The notes under the pieces: generated by a model | Seen by the model: only the letters and a program-made list of their open reading frames with translations | Databases searched by the model: none | Told to the model about the DNA's origin: nothing | Program-made: the position numbers and the translations under genes | Shown: positions 55,989 to 64,000 of the stretch, piece by piece | Layout of the letters: each line of letters begins with the position of its first letter | Numbering within the stretch: the first letter of the stretch is position 1 | NCBI GenBank assembly: GCA_963809475.1 | Contig: CAWEJS010000001.1 | Coordinates: 80,570-144,569 of the forward strand | Direction of reading: 5' to 3' | DNA from: an uncultured Acidobacteriota bacterium | GTDB lineage: Bacteria > Acidobacteriota > Vicinamibacteria > Vicinamibacterales > JAKQTR01 | Length of the DNA: 64,000 nucleotides

Positions 55989-57014
55989 TCACGGTGTTCT
56001 CTTCTGGGCCGCCAACGTCATATCGAGAGCCTGCTCCATCGGGACCCTGGGCGTCCACTGAAGCAACCGCTTGGCCTTGTCGTTCGAGTACCGCTGGCCT
56101 TTCCACATCGCGTTGACCTTGTAGGGGGTGAACACCATCGGCAGGTGCCCCTGCGTTCGGCGGCTGTACCACACGTTGAAATGCGCGAGTTGGCGCAGGG
56201 CGAAGAACGGCACGCGGACGAACCGGACGTTCTGGACTTCTCGCCGGTATCGCGCCAGGAGTTGGCGGCTGGTGGGCAGATCGTCATCGACGATGCAGAA
56301 GACCTCGCCCTCGATGCCCGGAACGAGGCCTGCCTGCACCACCGCGTCGGCGCAGTTGTCGACGTAGGTCAACGGGATTGTGCTCCCGCCACCCAGATGG
56401 AGTAGCAGCCCGAAGAAGCTGACGCCGATGCGGGCGTTCAAGAGGGGTTGGCCCGGGCCGAAGATCGCGCCTGGCCGGACGACCACGAGCGGGAGGCCGG
56501 ACTCCCGGTGGTACTTCCACGCCAGGGACTCCTGTCGGTTCTTGCCGAACGAGTACGGATCGCGCCACTCCGGATGGGGATCCATCGGGACCGACTCGTC
56601 CACCACGGCCCCGCGCGGCAAGTCCGAGACCCCGATCACCCCGAACGAACTCACGAGCACGAATCGTGACGTGTGCAACTCGACGGCGGTCTTGAAGAGG
56701 CTCTCTGAGCCAACCACGTTGCTCGCGACCTGCGCCGCGGCCGAACCCGTCTTGACCGCCGCGACGTGGTAGACCACGTCGACACCCTCGAAGGCGCGGC
56801 GGAGCGCAGCGGAATCACCGAAACCCGCTTCGACCATCTCCACTCGCGGGTTCGACACTCCCTGGAGGCAGGCGTCGAGCGCGGCCGCGTCCGTCCCGGG
56901 ACGAACCAGCGCGCGAACCGGCCTGCCGGTCTCGGCAAGGCGCCTGAGGATGCGCTGTCCGAGAAACCCCTTCGGCCCGGTCACCAATACGATCCCCGTG
57001 GGCATGCTGATCAC
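55989..57014 (-). CDS. NAD-dependent epimerase/dehydratase
   Basis: LVTGPKGFLG, YHVAA, YSFGK, VRPGAIFGP, TYVDNCA; GTG start overlaps the upstream stop. Confidence 0.9.
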   Translation of the reverse strand: MISMPTGIVLVTGPKGFLGQRILRRLAETGRPVRALVRPGTDAAALDACLQGVSNPRVEMVEAGFGDSAALRRAFEGVDVVYHVAAVKTGSAAAQVASNVVGSESLFKTAVELHTSRFVLVSSFGVIGVSDLPRGAVVDESVPMDPHPEWRDPYSFGKNRQESLAWKYHRESGLPLVVVRPGAIFGPGQPLLNARIGVSFFGLLLHLGGGSTIPLTYVDNCADAVVQAGLVPGIEGEVFCIVDDDLPTSRQLLARYRREVQNVRFVRVPFFALRQLAHFNVWYSRRTQGHLPMVFTPYKVNAMWKGQRYSNDKAKRLLQWTPRVPMEQALDMTLAAQKRTP

Positions 57015-58090
57015 AGGTCCTCCATACTTCGGTCGCACTGGGTGAAGATCTCCTCCAAGATGCGCGTCGTTCTGAGGGCCTCCGCCATGGGAATTGGCAT
57101 GTCGCCGCTCCCGTGGATGGCCAGATAGAAGCGGCGAATCAGCTCGTGCATGCCGTCGAAGAAGTGCAGCCGCGCGTGAACGAGACCCGCGACGTTCCGT
57201 CGCCATTCCCGCTTCGTCTCGCTGTGATCGCGATACGCCCACTGCACGCGTGCAAACGGGCCGGGCATCGAGGCGCCGCGAACGACCCGCACGGTGCGGC
57301 TGTCAATTGAGGCGGTTGCGCAGGCCTGGGTTCCGTGGAGCGTCGCGTACAGTTGGAGCGGCCTCGCTCGACAGGTGAACAGAAGGGAAGCGGTTGTGGA
57401 TCGCCCGAGGAGCGTGACTCGGATCTCATCCGGGAACCGATCGCGCACATCGTTGAATCGCTTCACCCGCAACCGGCGTCCATGGGCGGACACCAGGGGC
57501 TTCTCGTCCGGCACAAAGGGGAGCACCAGCGACAAGGGATGCGAGAGGTTGTTCTGCGCCAGACCTCCCGGAAGCGTGTGTACCCAGTGAGCCGGATCAC
57601 CCATCACGACGGCGCCGAACGGGCCCGCCAGGTTGTATCCCATCACGGACTCGGCGTGGACGGCGTCGCCAACAACGCCCTCCTCCCACAGACGCTTCAT
57701 CCGCAAAAACGCGCTGTCGAACGCGTTACTGTGTCCGACGCAGAACAACACGCCCGCGCGAGTCGCGGAGTCGATCAACTCCTCCGCTTCCGCGACGGTC
57801 GCCGTGAACGGCTTCTCGATGTACGCGTGCACGCCGCGGGCGGCGAGCGTCTTCCCGAGTTGGAGGTGGGTTCCGGGTGGAGTCGTGACGTGCACCACGT
57901 CCGGATGCACACTGTCGAGCATCGTGCCGACATCCGTGAAGACCTGTCCGACGTCAAAGCGCACGGCCGCCTGTTCCGCCATGTGGATGTTGACGTCGCA
58001 GACCGCTTCCACCGTCGCTCCAGGAAGCCTGCGTATCTCCTGGATGTGCGCGTCAGCGATTTGCCCGCAGCCCACGATTGCAGCTCTCAC
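57011..58090 (-). CDS. Gfo/Idh/MocA family oxidoreductase
   Basis: RBS AGGAG; AIVGCGQIA, VHVTTPP.TH, IEKP. Confidence 0.92.
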   Translation of the reverse strand: MRAAIVGCGQIADAHIQEIRRLPGATVEAVCDVNIHMAEQAAVRFDVGQVFTDVGTMLDSVHPDVVHVTTPPGTHLQLGKTLAARGVHAYIEKPFTATVAEAEELIDSATRAGVLFCVGHSNAFDSAFLRMKRLWEEGVVGDAVHAESVMGYNLAGPFGAVVMGDPAHWVHTLPGGLAQNNLSHPLSLVLPFVPDEKPLVSAHGRRLRVKRFNDVRDRFPDEIRVTLLGRSTTASLLFTCRARPLQLYATLHGTQACATASIDSRTVRVVRGASMPGPFARVQWAYRDHSETKREWRRNVAGLVHARLHFFDGMHELIRRFYLAIHGSGDMPIPMAEALRTTRILEEIFTQCDRSMEDL

Positions 58091-58315
58091 GCCCGCTCCT
58101 TTCGCCTGTGTGCCGACACGGGGATTCCGAGATGTTCCTGCCAACAACCAAGACAGCCCGGGGCACTAGTTGCGAGATCTCCCACGATGGCCGTTCTCCG
58201 ATTCCTCTGCAGCGAGGATGACACGGACCGTCTCCCGTGCCGCGCGGTCGTGCAGCCGAGACGGTGTTCCGTCGTTGTGCGCTCCCGGCGGTGCGTCAGC
58301 TCTCACCATCACGTC

Positions 58316-60400
58316 TCAGCTTCCGTTGGGACAGGAGGTGTTGCCGCTCGTCGTCACGGACGCGAGCGGAACGAGACAGACCGGCCCGAAACACCGGGGG
58401 GTGCCGGTCTTTCCCCGCTCCGTTAGTTCCGACAGCGCAAGGTGGGGACCCGGTTGTTGCCGATCCACATACAGGTAGTCCGGGCGGAGATCTTTGACGA
58501 CCCGCTCGAGTTCCTCGGCATTGGCGGACTGGAACATCCGCTCAAGGGCGCTCCGACGGTATTCAAGCTGGTCCTCGTCCACCCGGAGCACGTAAGGATG
58601 GTGGTAATTCGCCCACAACGCCCGGCGTTCCCCAAGCGCCGGGATCAGCAAGTCCGCATTGTCGTTCAAACGTCTCTCCGGGCGCACCTGAGCGATGTCC
58701 TGGAACACCGCGGTGGCAGGCGTGCACCGGCGCACCCAGTCCAGTGCTGACATCTGACTGGCCGACATGTACGTCGATCCCGGCTTCGTGAGGCCGCCCG
58801 CCGTATACTGCCAGACGTCTGTGAACGAGGTGATTGCCGACAGCACCGCGAGCGTCATCCAGATGCCCACGGCAAGCCTGCGTCGAGGCTCACGCCAGGC
58901 CCAGGCGACCGCAACTGCGGCAAACACGCACAGCGGGAACTGAAGGACCTTTATGGCCTTCCGCAGCGCGGTGTTGGGATCATTCGGCACGATCACTCCG
59001 AAGGCGATGATCAGGCAGAAGATCATGAGGGCCACAAGGGGCCACGCTTCTACTGGCCAGTCCCGGCGGCGCCGGAGTGCCAGGATCAACCCGCTTGCGC
59101 CAAGCAGGCCGAGCACACCCGTCTCGACCGCCAGATAGAGCGGGGCGTACTTGGCAGCTGGATGCAGGCTCAGAATCACCGAGTGGCCACCTGTCGGGAT
59201 CACCTCCAGAACCACACCGAGCGTCGCCCACAGGCACACTGGAACGAGGTAGCATGCCAAGAGCGCAAGCGGCAGCCTGTTCCATCTCGCGCCCCAGAGG
59301 ATCCACACCGGTCCCCACGCGACCGCCAGCGCGCCCACGAACCCATCCGAGAGCAGCGCCGCCCCGCTCAGGAGCCCTGCGAGTGCCGCCGCCACCCTCC
59401 CGGTCACGCGGCCAGTCTGGCACACGAGCAGGCAGGAGCACGCCATCCACGTCAGTGCCGTCAGCGCGTGCGGCTCGTACAGCACATCGCGAAACCATGA
59501 GTGGGACAGGAACGAGTACGCGCTCACGCTGTTCACGCTCGGGAGCGGCAACAGCGCCTGAGGCAGTACCGCCTGCAACAGCGCGAGTACGCCGACGAAA
59601 CTCGGTGCGAACAGCGCGACGGCGACGGCGGTGTGCCGGGCAGGGGCAGCCGCCCACCCTCGAGGCAGAAGCACGAGCACGGCGATGAAGTGCAGCGCCA
59701 GGAACGGCACGGTGGATGCGACAGCGTACCGAGCCGGTGCTCCGGTCAGCGCCGCAAGCGCCGCCGGGTACACGTGGTAGAACCAATAGTAGTGCAGCGG
59801 CGCGCCGGCGAAGAAAGGATTCCCGGGCGGGACGCTCCGACTCAACTCTGCCGCGATCGACGAATGCTGCAGGTAGTCGAGGTTGAAGTACGGAATGAAG
59901 ACGACGCCTGACGCGGTCGACCGTCCGACAAATGCGTAGACAACTGCCGCGACCATGATAACAGCCGAGGATATCCAGCATGCTGCGCGGAGATCGTGCC
60001 GGTCCTCCTCGTCAAACCAGGATCGCTTCCAGACACTGGTTGCCACCGCCGCCGTCAGGAGGACCCCGGCAGCCACGGTCACGAGAGCGCCTGCCCTGGG
60101 TCCGGCGACACCGGCGGCGCCCAGCAGACAGAGCCGCCCCAGTACCTGCCCGGCGGCGGCACCGACCACTGACAGCAAGAGCGAATGGCCAGGCGTCTGA
60201 AACAGGGCACGGGCGAGCCAAATCCCGGGAACGCTGAACGCGACGAACCAGATTGCAGCAAGCGCCGCCAGGCTCACGGGCACCCGGGCCATCACCATGA
60301 ACGTGACGGTCGCGCCAACCACGACGCCCAACGACAGAACCTCCCGCCCGGCCATCGCCTTGTCAGGGTGAACGACGTGCAGTGCCTGGGCCACGGTCAC
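58316..60400 (-). CDS. Polytopic membrane protein, possibly GT-C-like
   Basis: Many TM helices; D...H, PPGNPFFAG.PLHYYWFYH; C-terminal soluble domain ALDWVRR.TP. Confidence 0.65.
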   Translation of the reverse strand: MTVAQALHVVHPDKAMAGREVLSLGVVVGATVTFMVMARVPVSLAALAAIWFVAFSVPGIWLARALFQTPGHSLLLSVVGAAAGQVLGRLCLLGAAGVAGPRAGALVTVAAGVLLTAAVATSVWKRSWFDEEDRHDLRAACWISSAVIMVAAVVYAFVGRSTASGVVFIPYFNLDYLQHSSIAAELSRSVPPGNPFFAGAPLHYYWFYHVYPAALAALTGAPARYAVASTVPFLALHFIAVLVLLPRGWAAAPARHTAVAVALFAPSFVGVLALLQAVLPQALLPLPSVNSVSAYSFLSHSWFRDVLYEPHALTALTWMACSCLLVCQTGRVTGRVAAALAGLLSGAALLSDGFVGALAVAWGPVWILWGARWNRLPLALLACYLVPVCLWATLGVVLEVIPTGGHSVILSLHPAAKYAPLYLAVETGVLGLLGASGLILALRRRRDWPVEAWPLVALMIFCLIIAFGVIVPNDPNTALRKAIKVLQFPLCVFAAVAVAWAWREPRRRLAVGIWMTLAVLSAITSFTDVWQYTAGGLTKPGSTYMSASQMSALDWVRRCTPATAVFQDIAQVRPERRLNDNADLLIPALGERRALWANYHHPYVLRVDEDQLEYRRSALERMFQSANAEELERVVKDLRPDYLYVDRQQPGPHLALSELTERGKTGTPRCFGPVCLVPLASVTTSGNTSCPNGS

Positions 60401-60450
60401 TTGGGGCTCCTGGTCTCCCTGGCGGCAGTCCTGGACTCAGCCATGGCATG

Positions 60451-61737
60451 CTACCCGAACATCCATCGCAGTCGCACCAGGGAGTAGACCGTTACCATGA
60501 GTACAAGCACGGCCACTCCGTTCCACGCCAGCCATGAGAGACGAAAGACAGGCAATGGCTCGGATTGATCTTTGCGGGCTACGAGAAACGCAGATGTGGC
60601 CACGCCAAGGAAGATGTATGGCGTCAGCGCGTAGGTGCGCGACAGAAAGAAGCCCGTGATCATGACGGACGCCAGTGCCAGGGCGCCCGCGCGGCAGAAG
60701 CGGCGCGAGTCCGGAGACACCTGTGTGTCCGACAAGACCGGCCACAACTGAAAGTAGGTGACGAGGAACGCCGCAAGCCAGAAGTACAGGCCCAAGATGC
60801 CGGTCTCGACGAGGCAGAGCACATAGGAATTGTGAGCCGTGTAGCCACCCAGGGAATCCTGAATGTTCTTGTAACCCACCCCGAGCAGTGGCGACGACGC
60901 GAGAGCCTGGAGGCCCTCCGACCAGAGCTCGATCCGGCCCGCGCCCGTACCCTCGCTGATCGATGTGGCTCGTCCGCCGCTGAAGCCCAGTGCAAGCGCG
61001 GCCGCAGTGATCGCCACGCCCGCGATCGGGGCGGCGAATCTGGAGATGCGCGACGCGGCCAACGTCACGAGAAGGACGAGGCCGATGAGACCGCCCCGGG
61101 AACGAGTCAGGAACATGGCGCCAAGCATGACGCACGTGGGCAGCACAACTTGGAGTGCGTTGCCGAGTGCGCGCCCGGGGCGCCACAACAGGGCAGCCAA
61201 CGGAAGACATGCCAACAGGTATTGAGCAAGGTCGTTCGGATCGGCGAGAAACCCGAGAGCGCGGGCCCGGTAGATCTGCGCAGCGCCCCCGCTCTCGTCA
61301 ACGCCGACCGTCTCCACCAGCCCGTACGTGTCCAGATCCATCCCGAACTCCAGCGCGAGGATGACCCTGACCGAGAGGTACGCTCCGACGATCACCAGGG
61401 TCCGGGACAGCCACCGAATCCGAGATGACGAATTCACATTACCGATTACGGCGATACAGGCCACCATCGGCACCGTGACATCGTTGAACGCGATCAGGGC
61501 ACCGCCCAGCCAGCCCGTCGCGGCAACCGAGAGCATGACCAGGAAGAGAAAGACACCCAGCAACGGAACCTGGGGAGTCCACAGCGAGATCCTCCCCAGA
61601 ACCACGTTGGCGAGGGTCAAGAAGGCGATAGTCGCCATCAGCCAGGCCATAATCCGGAGTCCGGCGAGTTCCGGATATGCGGCCCACGGCGAGATCAGCG
61701 CCAAGGCGAGGTAGACGAGAGTTGCAGCAAAGCCCAT
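60451..61737 (-). CDS. O-antigen ligase / Wzy polymerase family protein
   Basis: DPNDLA, TRSRGG, GRIELW, PLLGVG, TAHNSY, ETG.LG. Confidence 0.9.
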   Translation of the reverse strand: MGFAATLVYLALALISPWAAYPELAGLRIMAWLMATIAFLTLANVVLGRISLWTPQVPLLGVFLFLVMLSVAATGWLGGALIAFNDVTVPMVACIAVIGNVNSSSRIRWLSRTLVIVGAYLSVRVILALEFGMDLDTYGLVETVGVDESGGAAQIYRARALGFLADPNDLAQYLLACLPLAALLWRPGRALGNALQVVLPTCVMLGAMFLTRSRGGLIGLVLLVTLAASRISRFAAPIAGVAITAAALALGFSGGRATSISEGTGAGRIELWSEGLQALASSPLLGVGYKNIQDSLGGYTAHNSYVLCLVETGILGLYFWLAAFLVTYFQLWPVLSDTQVSPDSRRFCRAGALALASVMITGFFLSRTYALTPYIFLGVATSAFLVARKDQSEPLPVFRLSWLAWNGVAVLVLMVTVYSLVRLRWMFG

Positions 61738-61949
61738 GGTCTGGCCGCCGGTGTCGGCCTCTCAGGAGTCCACGCGCCCGGGCGCTGAGGGGCCGCCCCG
61801 GACGCATTCGCAACGGGGCCGCGGTTCGCGACCGTCACGCGTCGCGTACTCCAGCCTGCGGAGTATATCGGCGGGAATGGAGACCGAGCCCAGCGCAGAA
61901 TCCACCATTCGCACCTGCGGTCCGACGGGCCGTCGTCGGCGGCCTCCCC

Positions 61950-63485
61950 TCACGCGTCAAGCCTTGACTTGACGAGCGGCAGCCTCGCGAGCACAGGGCG
62001 CACCCCGCGTGCAACGGCGTCCCATCCAATGAGCCATGAAACCGCTACGCCGGATGCCACCAGGAAGAGCACGCCGTACGCCCAGAGTTCCAGCCAGTTG
62101 ACAGGCTGATGCACGTATGCGAGAAGCGCCAGGCCGGCGATCGGGACGCTCAAGGCAAGGAGGGTCGGAACAAACACCTCACGCGTGTAGAATCCCCAGG
62201 CCAGCCCGCTTCCGCGAAGCCCGAGGGCCATCGTGCCGAAGCCCCGGCAGACGGTGGCCGAGACCGCAAGGACCACGCATGCGCCATACAGGCCGAACCT
62301 CTGCATGGCGGGTATCGCCAGGCCGACGCCGATGATTGCCTCGATGATGCTGAGGGCCGCGAGGGGACGGTGACGAGAAGCGCCGAGGATCACCGTCTCG
62401 GTCACACGTTGGGACATGGGCAGCAACTCGCCGACAGCCAGAATCGCCAGGAGGTACCCCGCTGTCCGGAGACGCTCTCCGACCCAGAGGCTGATGAACG
62501 CCGGGCCGAGGACGAGAAAGGCCCCGGCGATGACCAGCCCCAGCACCAGACATGCGCGCCCCCCGTCCAGGAGCAGCTGCCCCTGTTCACGGTTCCGACC
62601 CTGCGCATGGAACGCCGTTGCCACCGGGAGCAACACTCCGGCAGCGGCCACGACCAACTCCAAGGCGTACGCGATCAGGTTGGACGCGAGCGAGAATGGC
62701 GTCACAGCCGCCAGCCCAAGCCACGAGCCGACGACAACGGGGCCCAATGCCCTTCTGGTCATCGCGCCGACCATCCTCACGAGGTTCCAGAACCCGTAGC
62801 CGAAGATGGTGCGTATCGCCGCGGTGTTCACATCCGCGAGTCTCGCCTTGAGCCGCGGCGCCACGAAGGCCGTGAAGGCGAACTTGAGCGCGCCCGTGAC
62901 GATCGTCGCCAGGAGGGTGATCCAGGCCAGTGCCAGGAGGCCGGAGCCGTGACGGACGAAGTACAACGTGAGCGCCACGCGGAGAACCGTCACGGGGACG
63001 TCGATCGCGTTGCTCAGGTCGAACCGCTGATACGCCCAGAGCGTTGCGTCGTAGACGTTGAGGACGAGCGCACACCCCAGGTTGACGCCCACGACGAGCA
63101 GCGCCATGCGCGCCGGATCCATCAGGGGCGCGGGTACCTCGACCAGCTGCAACAGCCAGCCGCGCCCGGCGATGACTGCCGTTGCCGCGACGGTGCCCGC
63201 CGCCAGCAGCATCGCGAACGCCGAACTGAGGATCTCGTTCATTCGGCGCTCGTCGTCCTGCGCCAGGTAGTACGCGAGGTAGCGACCGACCGATCCCCGG
63301 ATGCCGAGATCCAGGAGACCGAAATAGCCCGTCAGCGAGGCGATGAAGATCCACAGGCCATAGCCCGTGTCGCCCAGGCGATGCACAAGGAACGGCGCAA
63401 CGACGAAGCCCGCAGCGACATTCACGAGCACGCCGAGCCAGTTCCAGACGACGTTCAGGCCGATGCGTCGTTTCTGGGATGTCAT
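61950..63485 (-). CDS. Wzx-type oligosaccharide flippase
   Basis: HRLGDTGYGLW, LLDLG, many TM helices, FGLYGA. Confidence 0.9.
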   Translation of the reverse strand: MTSQKRRIGLNVVWNWLGVLVNVAAGFVVAPFLVHRLGDTGYGLWIFIASLTGYFGLLDLGIRGSVGRYLAYYLAQDDERRMNEILSSAFAMLLAAGTVAATAVIAGRGWLLQLVEVPAPLMDPARMALLVVGVNLGCALVLNVYDATLWAYQRFDLSNAIDVPVTVLRVALTLYFVRHGSGLLALAWITLLATIVTGALKFAFTAFVAPRLKARLADVNTAAIRTIFGYGFWNLVRMVGAMTRRALGPVVVGSWLGLAAVTPFSLASNLIAYALELVVAAAGVLLPVATAFHAQGRNREQGQLLLDGGRACLVLGLVIAGAFLVLGPAFISLWVGERLRTAGYLLAILAVGELLPMSQRVTETVILGASRHRPLAALSIIEAIIGVGLAIPAMQRFGLYGACVVLAVSATVCRGFGTMALGLRGSGLAWGFYTREVFVPTLLALSVPIAGLALLAYVHQPVNWLELWAYGVLFLVASGVAVSWLIGWDAVARGVRPVLARLPLVKSRLDA

Positions 63486-64000
63486 CGCGCGGCGACTTCG
63501 GGGGTCGGGAGGCGCGGACCTTGAACAGGCGCCAGAGCGAACTCCCGGAACTGGTCCGGGCGTCCGACCAGTCCGGCCTCAGCCGCGTGGATGATGTTGA
63601 CCATTTCCCGCGCGGTGACGTAGTGCAGGCGGAAGCCTTCTCCGTCGTTGAACGTCTCCTGCAGAGCCCCATGGAAGTCAGCGGTCTCCGGGCCGAGCAA
63701 GGTCGCCGCGTTGGCTTCAGGGGCGCCATGGGTGTACACCTTCACGAACACCCACTCCGGTTTCCCCGCAACGCAAATCCCGCAGGAGAGCCAGTCTCGA
63801 AACCGCTCGCGCGTGGGTGCAAAGCCCGCGTGCAGCGAACCGTTCTCGAGGCGCGGCACGATGCCCCACTTCGCCCTGCGAAAAGACAGCGCCAAAGGCC
63901 CCTGCACCATCAAGAGATCGTCCGTCGGCGGCGCGGTGCCGGCCGTCGCACGGACGCCGCGGTCGTGACCTTTCCGGCTCTGGCCGGCACACGCGGCATA
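63482..64000 (-). CDS. Hypothetical protein (5' end outside the window), possibly deacetylase-like fold
   Basis: Open frame to the window edge; WVFVKVYTHGAPE, LHYVTAREM.NII.AAEAG; ATGA overlap with the flippase. Confidence 0.7.
   Translation of the reverse strand, partial: YAACAGQSRKGHDRGVRATAGTAPPTDDLLMVQGPLALSFRRAKWGIVPRLENGSLHAGFAPTRERFRDWLSCGICVAGKPEWVFVKVYTHGAPEANAATLLGPETADFHGALQETFNDGEGFRLHYVTAREMVNIIHAAEAGLVGRPDQFREFALAPVQGPRLPTPEVAAR

Overview
High-GC bacterial window. The gene content (VWA-related protein, TonB receptor, DUF4139, M14 and S9 peptidases, delta-60/FG-GAP protein) looks like Acidobacteriota (Vicinamibacteria-like); this is an inference. 1-5 kb: a sensor histidine kinase with two CxxCH haem motifs, divergent from a sigma54-type promoter driving a tetrahaem cytochrome c / NrfC-like / NrfD-like module with no catalytic subunit. 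5-30 kb: envelope and housekeeping genes, including an S9 peptidase-DUF442 fusion, an ACP-MBOAT-SGNH acylation module, a degenerate AMP-ligase coupled to a PLP decarboxylase, and REP-like repeats. 30-38 kb: an insertion hotspot containing a 550-bp mosaic of diverged copies of four neighbouring genes. 39-64 kb: an apparently lower-GC surface-polysaccharide island (GTs, Wzx, Wzy/WaaL-like protein, acetyltransferases, deacetylase). It carries an amino acid:[carrier protein] ligase + carrier protein + GNAT cassette, the best candidate for an undescribed system (thiotemplated aminoacylation of a glycan). No tRNA, rRNA, CRISPR array, transposase or integrase was seen. All family calls come from motifs read by eye, not from database searches.
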